Assembly (NCBI GenBank): GCA_010909165.1
Contig: VJWM01000025.1
Span: 2,976,001 to 3,040,000, forward strand
Origin: Anthoceros angustus
Lineage: Eukaryota; Plantae; Anthocerotophyta
DNA length: 64,000 bases
Reading direction: 5' to 3'
The position numbers and the translations under genes were made by a program. The notes under the pieces were generated by a model. It searched no databases, was not told the DNA's origin, and worked only from the letters and a program-made list of their open reading frames with translations. Positions 1-11,330 of this stretch are shown piece after piece; the stretch's first letter is position 1, and each line of letters begins with the position of its first letter.

Positions 1-525
1 TTAGAGATTGTTGTCACTTTCTCCCTATAATAGGTAGTTGGAGAGCTTTATAGCTAATGGCCTTGCTCAGTGCGTCTCGCACTGAAATTTGAGGCTTCAT
101 AAGTGGTAGCTAAACCCCTATGAATGAAGGGTTCGAAAAAGCATGCAGAAGATGCTTATTGGTGTTAAATACTAAAATGAGATTCAAGAAAATGTATTGT
201 ATTATTTACCGATAGGTAGTATTATTGGACCTCAAGATAGGTTTGTTTGGTTTTGACGTCACGATTGAGCGATCGAAGGGCTTTCAGGTTGGAACGGAAT
301 CGTTTAGGAAGCACGCGAATCTCAAAGTGGACCATAAGCAAAAACTTTGGGTTTCGTGTACAACAACCTTCGACTCCAGCATAAGTATTGCCATTGTTGG
401 TTTTTTTGCTGCTCTAGTAATGGTTGTTGCTACTCAGGTATCGGACTTGTGTCTTCACCACCGAGTGAGCCGTTGGTGCATTCACAGGTGTTGCTTGCCG
501 CTTGGCAATATTGTGGGGAGAGGTC

Positions 526-665
526 CACTACAAGTTACTTATTAGGTATGTGTCCAAATGGCTTAGGCCAAATGGATACACATATATAAGAACGCCGTGA
601 TTAAGCATCCTGAGCTTGGATCGGTACTTATGGGGTGCCTAAAGGGAGTGGATGCCCTTGTAGTG
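526..665. mobile_element. Miniature non-autonomous CACTA (En/Spm) element, 140 bp
   Basis: Termini CACTACAAG (526-534) and CTTGTAGTG (657-665). The 3-bp flanks gtc/gcc look like a TSD with one mismatch. An internal hairpin is present. Confidence 0.7.
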
Positions 666-1309
666 GCCTTCACACTTCATGTAGGTAGTACGCGGAGAAG
701 AGTTTCCACACTTCCCAACAAATCCTAGATAACAGGTAAAATAACAAACACTTACCAGTAGAATAACAAACACTTACCAAATCCTAGACAACGTAAAATA
801 ACAAACACTTACCAATAGGTAGAATAACAAACACTTACCAATGATCCTAGACAACAACTTAGACAATGTAGAATTCAAAAGAAACCGAGCATTCTTACGA
901 GAATCATGTCAAAAATATAAGAATATATGTATGTATCAAATCAATATGTTTGTAATGTATGAATCAATGAGTGTCTTAAAACCTTCCTCGCCCATTCCTT
1001 GTCATTCCCTGCCATTTCATTCTTGTCCCACCTGCTTCTCCGCCTGCTCATTCCCGCACTGACCGCCGTCAAAAGTTCCCAACTGCCTATGGAGTTAAGG
1101 AAAGCTCCCTCATCACGGTTCAATGCCAAATCATGTCACTCTAATTTTCGACAACCACCCACAAAGCCAACAATGCGCTTGCCATCGTTGTCAATGGCAA
1201 CTACAATGCGCTGCAACATTGCACAACCATAATGCCATCACCAATCTAGTAAGTATGTTGCGTGAATCGCTTTTTGCTTGGCGTTTGCTTGTTGTCTCTT
1301 TCTCCTATA

Positions 1310-1490
1310 GTAGGTAGTTGGAGCTTTCTTCCTATAATGTAGTTGGAGATTGTTGTCACTTTCTCCTATAGCGGAGGTTGGAGATTGTTGTCATTTTCTC
1401 CCTATTGCGTGTAGTTGGAGATTGTTGTCATTTTCTCCTATAGCGTGTAGTTAGAGATTGTTGTCACTTTCTCCTATAATAGGTAGTTGG
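1310..1490. repeat. Minisatellite of ~33-36 bp units (gtagttggagattgttgtcactttctcctata)
   Basis: Four to five imperfect tandem copies read directly from the sequence. Confidence 0.8.
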
Positions 1491-1961
1491 AGAGCTTTAT
1501 AGCTAATGGTTTTTGCTCGGCCTCGTGACCGAAATTTGAGGCTTCATAAGTGGTAGCTAAACCCTATGAATGAAGGGTTCAAAAGCATGCGTAAGATGCT
1601 TATTGGTGTTAAATACTAAAATGAGATTCAAGAAAATGTATTGTATTATTTACCGATAGGTAGTATTATTGGACCTCAAGATAGGTTTGTTTGGTTTTGA
1701 CGTCACGATTGAGCGATCGAAGGGCTTTCAGGTTGGAACGGAATCGTTTAGGAAGCACGCGAATCTCAAAGTGGACCATAAGCAAAAACTTTGGGTTTCG
1801 TGTACAACAACCTTCGACTCCAGCATAAGTATTGCCATTGTTGGTTTTTTTGCTGCTCTAGTAATGGTTGTTGCTACTCAGGTATCGGACTTGTGTCTTC
1901 ACCACCGAGTGAGCCGTTGGTGCATTCACAGTGTTGCTTGGCAATATTGTGGGGAGAGGTC

Positions 1962-2101
1962 CACTACAAGTTACTTATTAGGTATGTGTCCAAATGGCTT
2001 AGGCCAAATGGATACACATATATAAGAACGCCGTGATTAAGCATCCTGAGCTTGGATCGGTACTTATGGGGTGCCTAAAGGGAGTGGATGCCCTTGTAGT
2101 G
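1962..2101. mobile_element. Second copy of the mini-CACTA element (inside the duplicated unit)
   Basis: CACTACAAG at 1962-1970 and CTTGTAGTG at 2093-2101, with the same gtc/gcc flanks. Confidence 0.7.
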
Positions 2102-2573
2102 GCCTTCACACTTCATGTAGGTAGTACGCGGAGAAGAGTTTCCACACTTCCCAACAAATCCTAGATAACAGGTAAAATAACAAACACTTACCAACAGGTA
2201 GAATAACAAACACTTACCAAATCCTAGACAACAGGTAAAATAACAAACACTTACCAATAGGTAGAATAACAAACACTTACCAACAGATCCTAGACAACAA
2301 CTTAGACAACAGGTAGAATTCAAAAAGAAACTGAGCATTCTTACCAGAGAATCATGTCAAAAAATATAAGAATATATGTATGTATCAAATCAATATGTTT
2401 GTAATGTATGAATCAATGAGTGTCTTAAAAACCTTCCTCGCCCATTCCTTGCTGTCCCGGCCATTTCATTGCTGTCCCACCCGTTTCCTCTGCCCGTTCA
2501 TTCCCGCACCCCTGACCTGGCCGTCAAAAAGTTCCCAACTGTCTATGGAGTTAAGGAAAGCTCCCCTCATCAC

Positions 2574-2720
2574 GGTTCAATGCCAAATCATGTCACTCTC
2601 GTTACGGTTCCATGCCAAATCATATCACCCTCATTACGCTTCAATGCCAAATCATATCACCCCCATTATTGTTCAATGCCAAATCATACCACCCTCATTG
2701 TTGTTCAATGCCAAATCATC
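2574..2720. repeat. 32-bp tandem repeat (ttcaatgccaaatcat core), 5 copies
   Basis: The core recurs every 32 bp starting at 2574. Confidence 0.85.
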
Positions 2721-2833
2721 AATACTGTCCATGGGGTTTACTGCCTATGACACTGGAGCTAAGAACACCACATACCTGTCATACCGATCCATTGCTGGTC
2801 ATTCCCAGAGGCTAAGAGCTCCCTATACCTGTC

Positions 2834-3358
2834 TCACTCATTCATGTCAACCTTCTTTCTGTTGAATCCCAAATTCTCAGCCTCATTGCTGTTCGATCCC
2901 AAATTCTCAGCCTCATTGCTGTTCAATCCTAAATTCTCAGCCTCATTGCTATTCCATTCCAAATTCTCAACCTCACTGCTTTTCAATCCCAAATCCTCAT
3001 TACGCTCTATAGGATTGTTAAGTAGCAAATCTTCATCTGCATTAACCTTATCCATATTATGTAACAAGTCCTCAATACGCAAGAGGGGGGAGAGGGGCCA
3101 ATGTAGGTAAGACTACACATAGGGCATGTATCATTAGGGCAAAGGCAAGTGCCGCCGCAAATCATGTGGCCACTAGGTACATTCAACCTAGCCCTCAAAT
3201 AACGGCGGCATACGAAGCAATCAAGGATATCCAGCGCAAAGTCCATGGAATAGAATTGCTCCTGAAAGCGCAAAAAGGTATCACGACGCCCTGGTCCAGC
3301 TTGGGCATGAAGGGCAGCTGCACAAAGGACCGCCCCTCGGGCTTCTTCATTTTCCTCA
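2834..3358 (-). pseudogene. Degenerate RING-finger (C3HC4-like) coding exon followed by a 10-aa repeat tail
   Basis: Translation LDCFVCRRYLRARLNVPSGHMICGGTCLCPNDTCPMC. There is a candidate acceptor ttgtag|GATGAG near 3358. A frameshift at the G-run ~3085-3095 leads into LRIEDLLHN... and the repeats. Confidence 0.5.
2860..2995. repeat. 30-bp tandem repeat, ~5 copies (encodes NEAENLGxNS on the minus strand)
   Basis: aaattctcagcctcattgctgtt recurs every 30 bp. Confidence 0.85.
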
Positions 3359-5571
3359 TCCTACAAGGTTAAGGAAGGAAAACAAGAAGAAAAATTAGAA
3401 AACCATGGACAGAACTTTCCTCACGAAATAGATTCCATAAAAAATGACCACACGTTCTAGTTCTCTTACCACAAGGTAGGCTCTGGCCTCCACATTTTGA
3501 CGCTTTCTACAAGCTTGTGGTCAAAGAGTTAGCTAGAGGGAGTGTGCTAGGACTCCCTCAAGACCACAAGCGGAGCAAGCTGACAGAAATATGTTCTGTC
3601 ACCTTCATGAAGACTTGCAAAATGTGACGAGCTCAAGGCCATCTTGGAGTCGGCGAGGGCGAGAACGTACGAGTTGGAGGAGTTGCTGGCTCGCCGTCCC
3701 GACGCTGTTGAGCCTCGAGCTCCACTCGCTGACCCAGAACGCAAGGCCATGGTGAGGGAGCTGATCCTCCTGGGATATGTCGCTGGGGTGGATGGAGGCA
3801 AGCCTTACAGCCCTGCAGATGTCGTCACGTAGGTACCAGGCTTGTGGAGGGCACTCACGCTTGATTATCTCGATGCAGATTCATCCACTGACCGCTCCAC
3901 AAACTTGCCTTCCCGGCTGTACAGGAAAGAGAAGAAGACACGTATTGCAACGGGGTACCCACAGCCAGAGTGGTTCGGGAGTAGCGTCGTGGAGATTGTT
4001 CGCTGGTGGTGACGTATGTGCTGATTTCGCATCCAGATGCTTTTGGAGCAGAAGGTTGGGAAGATGATGGCCTTGGAGGTCTAGAGATCAGAGTTGCAGT
4101 CGAAGGTAGGTCGCAGGCCGATGCTCGTGGGGAGTGGTGCCAGATTTCTTCAGGTCGCTCCAGCTAACTCTTTCGGCCCGGGTGGCTTCATCGCTGTCCT
4201 CAGTCTCACCCGGGGGCGAGCTCTGTGCGACAAATTAGCCGTAAATAGCTATTATCGCTAATTAAAATATATATAATCCTGGTACATACATGGTACAGAG
4301 TAACAAAATCAAGAGACGGCGGAGCTTGATTGTCTTAGGCGACGAGTACTACTGCAGAAGAAACTGACAGAGAGAGCGTTTCTAGTGAAGTCAAGTTAAC
4401 GTGCGGAACTCAAAGACTTCCAAGGATATCCTTCAAGATTCAGCTCGGGAGATGGTGCGTTCCACACCAAAACCGGACAGAGATCACTAGCAGAGACTGG
4501 TGGGTTTGCACCTACAAGCCAGTGGCGAGCCTAATTCCTTTACCAGTTGTGAAAACAATGGGTAGTCCTTGGCCAGTCTGATCATGTCTCATGTCTGATG
4601 TCCTGGAGTCGAGATATGGTGAGTCCCTGATGGACACGGACAAATCTGAAGGAAAGCCACAAACTCATAATGTCCTATGTTTCGCTGAGTTGGACGACTC
4701 ATAATATTTGCAGACGTGTTGATCCAGACGAGACGGCCCGGCTTCAGAGACAGCTCTGTCTGGACATTGTACGGCTGGTTGTTCACAGCCCACGGCATTA
4801 GCATGGGAAAGCTGCTCTAGATCTTGTCCCAATGCGGCATCAAGCTTTGATGGAAATATAACTACTGTCAATGTTCATGTTCCATGTCATGTACACTTGC
4901 CGAGAATTTCGACAATGCCTGGCCCTGGGGCACCCCTCGCTGCCACCTATTGTCCTAGCTGCCACTTGGGTTCCAGACGCTACCACTTCCAAGGAGAAGA
5001 GAAGGACTTGCTACAGCTGGGTGTGAAGTCATTTGCGATTGAAAATTGCTGATCAATCTGGGTCATTGATCCACCGGCCTGGAGAGCAGCTGGAAACAGA
5101 AGTAAAGTGAGTACTGTAGTGAACGTCGGACCGAGCTCCAGAGAAGCATCTCTTGTTAGAGGCACGCGGCAGTGGGAGGAGTTCCAATATTACCCTCTAG
5201 CTTAGGTACGCCACATGTACGTCTACCTACGTACCGCCAGACTCCAGTCTCCACTGGCCTGTGATTCAATGCATGTAGCAAATCTGGTTATGGTAATCGA
5301 TATATCGAGACTCCTTGTCTCTGTTTACGGGCTGCAAACGATCGTGCATATGCTTTGACGTTGCAGTGTTGTTGAACATCACTGGAGATCGCAGACAGGT
5401 GTAGCAATTCAGGTAGCAATGCATGCTTCAGTCCACATATGAATTGCGATTCTGGCTTCAGCCTATTAATTGCGTTGTGGTCTTGCTGAATTGCTATTAG
5501 CTAGCATTGACGTGCCTACACAGTCTTGAGAGTTGGAACTTGGAACCGATTGTCCTAAAGAGAGGTAGACC

Positions 5572-8500
5572 ATGGCGTTCTCGGGCAGGACTATGGCAGG
5601 CTTGGCGCTAATAGTGGCCGTGAGTGATCGAGTTTACATTTCATGCTAGCTTTCCAGTCCTTGATGCAAGTTTGGAGTTCGATTAGTTTGTATCCGTGGT
5701 TGTTGTCGTATTGATTCGGGCTTTGTCCACTTGTGTTGTTGCAGCTACTAGCGATTGTTGCAGGGAGCTCTACAGGTTTGCCGGTGAGCGTACAGTGAAG
5801 TCTGGATAGACAGTAGTATTGTGGTTCGGGGGTGATTGTAGTAGGAATGGCATGGTGCGGTAGAAAATGCAGGCTGATTGTGAGAGTGGGTTTGATTATG
5901 TTGTGGGGATTCGCATGCAGTTCTTGTCAACCAGTCCGCGAAAGTTGTTGGTCGGCAATTACCGCCATTTCGAGTGCAACAGCAATGAGAAGTCGGGAGT
6001 GTGGGATCCTGCTGTGAGGGATAATGACCTGTCGGTAGACGACGATGCGAGGGACGTTCCTGGCTACGTCAAGTATACAAGTCCCAGGTCTATGAAGCTG
6101 GAAACCGAAGACGACTACTCTAAGAAGCCGGGTCAGGAGGAAAAGAAGGGAGAGGAGAAAAAGGAGGAGGAGGAGAGGCAAAAGAAGGAAGAGCCTAAAA
6201 AGAAAGAGGAGAAGAAAGAGAAGCAGAAGAAGGACGAGGACGAGCAGGAGACGAAGAAGGAAGAGGAGGAAAAGAACAAGGAGGAGAAAGGAGAGGAACA
6301 GAAGAAGAACGGAGAGAAACAGAAGGAGGAAAAGGAAAAGAACAAGGAAGAGAACAAGGGAGAGAAACAGGAGGAGGAGGAAAAGAACAAGGAGGAGGAG
6401 AAGAAGGGAGAGGAACAGAAGGAGGAGGAAAAGAACAAGGAGGAGGAGAAGAAGGGAGAGGAACAGAAGGAGGAGGAAAAGAACAAGCAGGAGGAGAAGA
6501 AGGGAGAGGAACAGAAGGAGGAGGAAAAGAACCAGCAGGAGGAGAAGCAGGGAGAGGAACAGAAGGAGGAGGAAAAGAACGAGCACGAGGAGAAGCAGGG
6601 AGAGGAACAGAAGGAGGAGGAAAAGAACGAGGAGGAAAAGAACGAGCACGAGGAGAAGCAGGGAGAGGAACAGAAGGAGGAGGAAAAGAACGAGCAGGAG
6701 GAGAAGCAGGAGAGGAACAGAAGGAGGAGGAAAAGAACGAGCACGAGGAGAAGCAGGAGAGGAACAGAAGGAGGAGGAAAAGAACGAGCAGGAGGAGAAG
6801 CAGGGAGAGGAACAGAAGGAGGAGGAAAAGAACGAGCACGAGGAGAAGCAGGGAGAGGAACAGAAGGAGGAGGAAAAGAACGAGCAGGAGGAGAAGCAGG
6901 AGAGGAACAGAAGGAGGAGGAAAAGAACGAGCACGAGGAGAAGCAGGAGAGGAACAGAAGGAGGAGGAAAAGAACGAGCACGAGGAGAAGCAGGGAGAGG
7001 AACAGAAGGAGGAGGAAAAGGAGGAGAAGCAGGGAGAGGAACAGAAGGAGGAGGAAAAGAACGAGCAGGAGGAGAAGCAGGAGAGGAGGAGGAGGAGGAA
7101 AGAACGAGCAGGAGGAGAAGCAGGGAGAGGAACAGAAGGAGGAGGAAAAGAACGAGCAGGAGGAGAGAGGGACAGAAGGAGGAGGAGGAAAAGAACGAAA
7201 AGAACGAGGAGGAGGAGAAGCAGGAGAGGGACAGAAGGAGGAGGAGGAAAAGAACGAAAAGAACGAGGAGGAGGAGAAGCAGGGAGAGGGACAGAAGGAG
7301 GAGGAGGAAAAGAACGAAAAGAACGAGGAGGAGGAGAAGCAGGGAGAGGGACAGGAGGAGGAGGAGGAAAAGAACGAAAAGAACGAGGAGGAGGAGAAGC
7401 AGGGAGAGGGACCGGAGGAGGAGGAGGAAAAGAACAAGGAGGAGGAGAAGCAGGGAGAGGGACCTGAGGAGGAGGAGGAAAAGAACAAGGAGGAGGAGAA
7501 GCAGGGAGAGAAGAAGGAACAAGAGGAGGAGGAGAACAAGGAGGAGAAGAAGGAGGGACAGAAGAAGGAACAAGAGGAGGAGGAGAACAAGGAGGAGAAG
7601 AAGAGGGGAGAGGAGGAGGAAAAGAACGAGGAGAAGGAGGGACAGAAGAAGGAAGAGGAGGGACAGAAGCAGGAAGAGGAGGAGAAGAAGGGAGAGGAGG
7701 AAAAGAAGAGGGGAGAGGAGGAAAAGAAGAGGGGAGAGGAGGAAAAGAAGAGGGGAGAGGAGGAAGAGAAGAGGGGAGAGGAACAGAAGAAGAGGGGAGA
7801 GGAGGAGGAGAACCAGGAGGAGGAGAAGAGGGGAGAGGAGGAGGAGAACCAGGAGGAGGAGAAGAGGGAGAGGAACAGAAGAAAAGAGGGAGAGGAACAG
7901 AAGAGGGAGAGGAGGAGGAGAACCAGGAGGAGGAGAAGAGGGAGAGGAGGAGGAGAACCAGGAGGAGGAGAAGAGGGAGAGGAGGAGAACCAGGAGGAGA
8001 AGAAGAGGGAGAGGAGGAGGAGAACCAGGAGAAGGAGAAGAGGGAGAGGAGGAAAAGAAGAGGGAGAGGAGGAGGAGAAGTGGGGAGAGAACAGAAGAGG
8101 GAGAGGAGGAGGAGAACCAAGAGAAGGAGAAGAGGGAGAGGAACAGAAGAAGAGGGAGAGGAGGAGGAGAACCAGGAGAAGGAGAAGAGGGAGAGGAAGA
8201 GGAGGAACAGAAGAAGAGGGAGAGGAGGAGGAGAACCAGGAGAAGGAGAAGAGGGGAGAGGAGGAAAAGAAGAGGGGAGAGAAACAGAAGAAGAGGGGAG
8301 AGGAGGAGGAGAACCAGGAGGAGAGGAGAAGAGGAGAGGAACAGAAGAAGGAGAGGAGGAAAAGAAGAGGAGAGGAGGAAAAGAAGAGGGAGAGGAGGAA
8401 AAGAAGAGGGGAGAGGAGGAAGAGAAGAGGGAGAGGAACAGAAGAAGAGGGAGAGGAGGAGGAGAACCAGGAGGAGGAGAAGAGGGAGAGGAGGAGGAGA

Positions 8501-9400
8501 ACCAGGAGGAGGAGAAGAGGGGAGAGGAACAGAAGAAAAAGAGGGGAGAGGAACAGAAGAAGAGGGGAGAGGAGGAGGAGAACCAGGAGGAGGAGAAGAG
8601 GGGAGAGGAGGAGGAGAACCAGGAGGAGGAGAAGAGGGGAGAGGAGGAGGAGAACCAGGAGGAGAAGAAGAGGGGAGAGGAGGAGGAGAACCAGGAGAAG
8701 GAGAAGAGGGGAGAGGAGGAAAAGAAGAGGGGAGAGGAGGAGGAGAAGTGGGGAGAGGAACAGAAGAAGAGGGGAGAGGAGGAGGAGAACCAAGAGAAGG
8801 AGAAGAGGGGAGAGGAACAGAAGAAGAGGGGAGAGGAGGAGGAGAACCAGGAGAAGGAGAAGAGGGGAGAGGAGGAAAAGAAGAGGGGAGCGAAACAGAA
8901 GAAGAGGGGAGAGGAGGAGGAGAACCAGGAGAAGGAGAAGAGGGGAGAGGAGGAAAAGAAGAGGGGAGAGAAACAGAAGAAGAGGGGAGAGGAGGAGGAG
9001 AACCAGGAGAAGGAGAAGAGGGGAGAGGAACAGAAGAAGAGGGGAGAGGAGGAGGAGAACAAGGAGAAGAAGAGGGGAGAGGAGGAACAGAAGAAGAGGG
9101 GAGAGGAGGAGGAGAACCAGGAGAAGGAGAGGGGAGAGGAGGAACAGAAGAAAAGGGGAGAGGAGGAGGAGAACAAGGAGGAGAAAAAGAGGGGAGAGGA
9201 GGAACAGAAGAAGAGGGGAGAGGAGGAGGAGAACCAGGAGAAGGAGAACAAGGAGGAACAGAAGAAGAGGGGAGAGGAGGAACAGAAGAAGAGGGGAGAG
9301 GAGGAGGAGAACAAGGAGGAACAGAAGAACAGGGGAGAGGAGGAGGAGAACCAGGAGAAGGAGAACAAGGAGGAACAGAAGAAGAAGGACAAATAGATAG
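5572..9400 (+). CDS. Secreted Glu/Lys-rich repetitive protein (3 exons: 5572-5619, 5745-5783, 5921-~9396)
   Basis: Two phase-0 GT-AG introns join MAFSGRTMAGLALIVA+LLAIVAGSSTGLP+FLSTSPRKLL..., giving a signal peptide. About 3.3 kb of GAG/AAG-rich repeats follow, with frame switches in purine runs. Confidence 0.7.
6130..9395 (+). repeat. Polypurine low-complexity tract of nested 15-48 bp repeats
   Basis: The top strand is almost free of T for ~3.3 kb. Units include gaggaggaaaagaacaaggaggaggagaagaagggagaggaacagaag. Confidence 0.95.
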
Positions 9401-9542
9401 CTTTCTGCATGATTGCATGATTACTGTATTCGTTACTACTATCCAAGCTGAATAAGCGCTCATGCCAGCTGAATTCACGCAGCTTTCAGTTTTCTAGCAA
9501 TCCACATACTTATAACCTGCCCGTCTATAATCTGCCCTTCAG

Positions 9543-10806
9543 AGAAGGGGCTAATTCCATCCAACCCGACACTCTCTTACTGCGGAATCGATTAGCTCAC
9601 ATAGCGATGAAAGAGCTGGTGTAGCTGCTGCATCTGCTGACTATGATGAAGATGGACGTGAAGAATATGCCTGGAGCACTGTATCATGCAGAAGTTGGGA
9701 CGTAATTGCAGGAAATTGTGTTACCATCGTGAACCACCCCTGTATGGTTCAATCGATACAGATGCATTTCTCGGCCGGAAGGTGGTCTCAGATCGCTTGT
9801 TTGACAATCAAGAAGGAAGGTTGGTAGTCTGAGTGTGCCCAGAGCTAGGTTTTTGACACATGATTGGTGAAGTCTTGCCACAACACTGTTAGTTGGTGCG
9901 CAGGTGGGTTGATCTTTCCGTCATTCGTATGAATATGGATGAGTCAAAAATGTGTGCTGGCCGATCAGTGTGCTGTGTTGACCGAAAGGGAACAGGCAGA
10001 ACTCAGCAATCAATGAATGAAATGAACCGATAACATAGAACTGATGCACTTACGTGTCAGGGCTCTCTCTCCTCTTGCAATTCTCATATGAACTTTGTTC
10101 ATTCTTCAGGTATGGCTTCTTTGTAGCCAACTATGGCGGTCTTATGAAGGTATGGGCTTTCTGGAATCGAAGAAACCTTGCATAATATTCCACACTGGGA
10201 TTTTCTATTGAATATTTGAGGTGTGCCTTCGCTTTGTTGGCGTCATGTCTACATACAAGAGCAGCTGTTTGGGCTATCTGAAGACAATTTTGTGGTGGAC
10301 ATGGCCCAAGGAGCAGGGCTTATAACTTATCCAGCTGGTGGCCGTGCACTTAATTCTCTTCCTCTTGTTTCTGACCATGACATGGATATTTTTGCTCGCA
10401 ACGAGGTAAACAGGTTGACAAGAAGCATTCATGAACTTAACATCATTCAGAGCTTGTATCCTTGTACTTAGCGGATATACTAAAAACGAAGCTCAAAACT
10501 GGCGTGTCGTCAGGGTGGGGCAAACTCTCTGTTTCGACACGAGGACGATGGTACAGGAAAATACGAAGAATGTGCTGGGGCGCTCGGGTAAGGAAAGCTA
10601 GCTAGTGTCCAAATAATATCAGAGGTCTCTGTTTAGAGTTGAGGGAAGGTTGTGGCACTTGTCAATTAGCTAAAGTTGCTTTGTGTTGCGGGCCTGGTCC
10701 TCGAGGAGAGGCCACACATACAGTCATTACTGCTGATTCTGACGATGATGGCTATGAGGAGCTTTTCTTCAACAATATCGGTTAGGGCAACAAGCTTTTC
10801 CGGCAG
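9543..10806 (+). pseudogene. CRTAC1-like (FG-GAP repeat / ASPIC-UnbV family) gene remnant with introns
   Basis: Colinear exon peptides: GVAAASADYDEDGREE; AFLGRKVVSDRLF; YGFFVANYGGLMK; DMAQGAGLITYPAGGRAL...DIFARNE; GANSLFRHEDDGT; TVITADSDDDGYEELFFNNIG*GNKLFRQ. There is an in-frame TAG at 10783-10785 and frameshifts. Confidence 0.75.
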
Positions 10807-11330
10807 GTACCCCTGATTCTGATCACTGGACAGTAGATAGGGGGGTTTTGGGTTTTTGCAGAACCTTCGACGGTTTAGTGTGCCTCCTGCACACTTCCGC
10901 GATGAGGGGATTCAGGATTCCAGGGATACTTTCCAGAACGATGTGGAGAACGTGGAAACGCCTGTGTCCTTAAGAACTCCTCCTACAAATTTCATTGCTG
11001 CTGGTTCATGGCTTCAGGCTTGGGGCCCTAAAATGTGGCAACACACAACTACGAGGGCCCGTCGTCCTTAAAATGCTCATCACCTCAAGGTAGTTGCCTG
11101 AATGAACCCAGTTTCCTCCTCCTGAGTTCCTACCTACTGGCCCTTCTGTCCACCAAGTCCTCAGGAACTATTGAAGCCGAAACTTGCTAAAGTCAAGCTG
11201 ATAAACTGTCACAGCACGCTTCCGACAAGTTCCGTTCCTTCTGGAAGTTAGTCCTTAAACAAAACAACAAAAAATGTGAGTCAACCGCTGAGAAGCAGCT
11301 TGCTGAGGACATGGCACAGTGGCCTTGAAC

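Larger units (their letters stand above)
1..2590. repeat. Tandem segmental duplication, ~1.45 kb period (unit 1 from window start to ~1140; unit 2 ~1451-2590)
   Basis: Near-identical sequence at 1 and 1451 (ttagagattgttgtcactttctcc...). ORFs 225..545 and 1669..2025 share the same N-terminal translation. Both units contain aacaaacacttacc minisatellite copies. Confidence 0.9.

Noticed and set aside
3540-5200. Coding-like fragments (DELKAILESARARTYELEELL; VDPDETARLQRQLCLDIV)
   Set aside because: Short, stop-riddled and not assignable to any family by eye; needs TBLASTX.
5927-9478. Three very long minus-strand ORFs (886-1183 aa; Ser/Pro/Leu/Phe-rich)
   Set aside because: Shadows of the polypurine repeat, since a strand nearly lacking A cannot form stops; no independent coding signal.
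10856-11071. ORF after the last CRTAC1-like exon as its continuation
   Set aside because: Lacks the expected GTG..DxDGDG.L and ASPIC/UnbV motifs; left unassigned.
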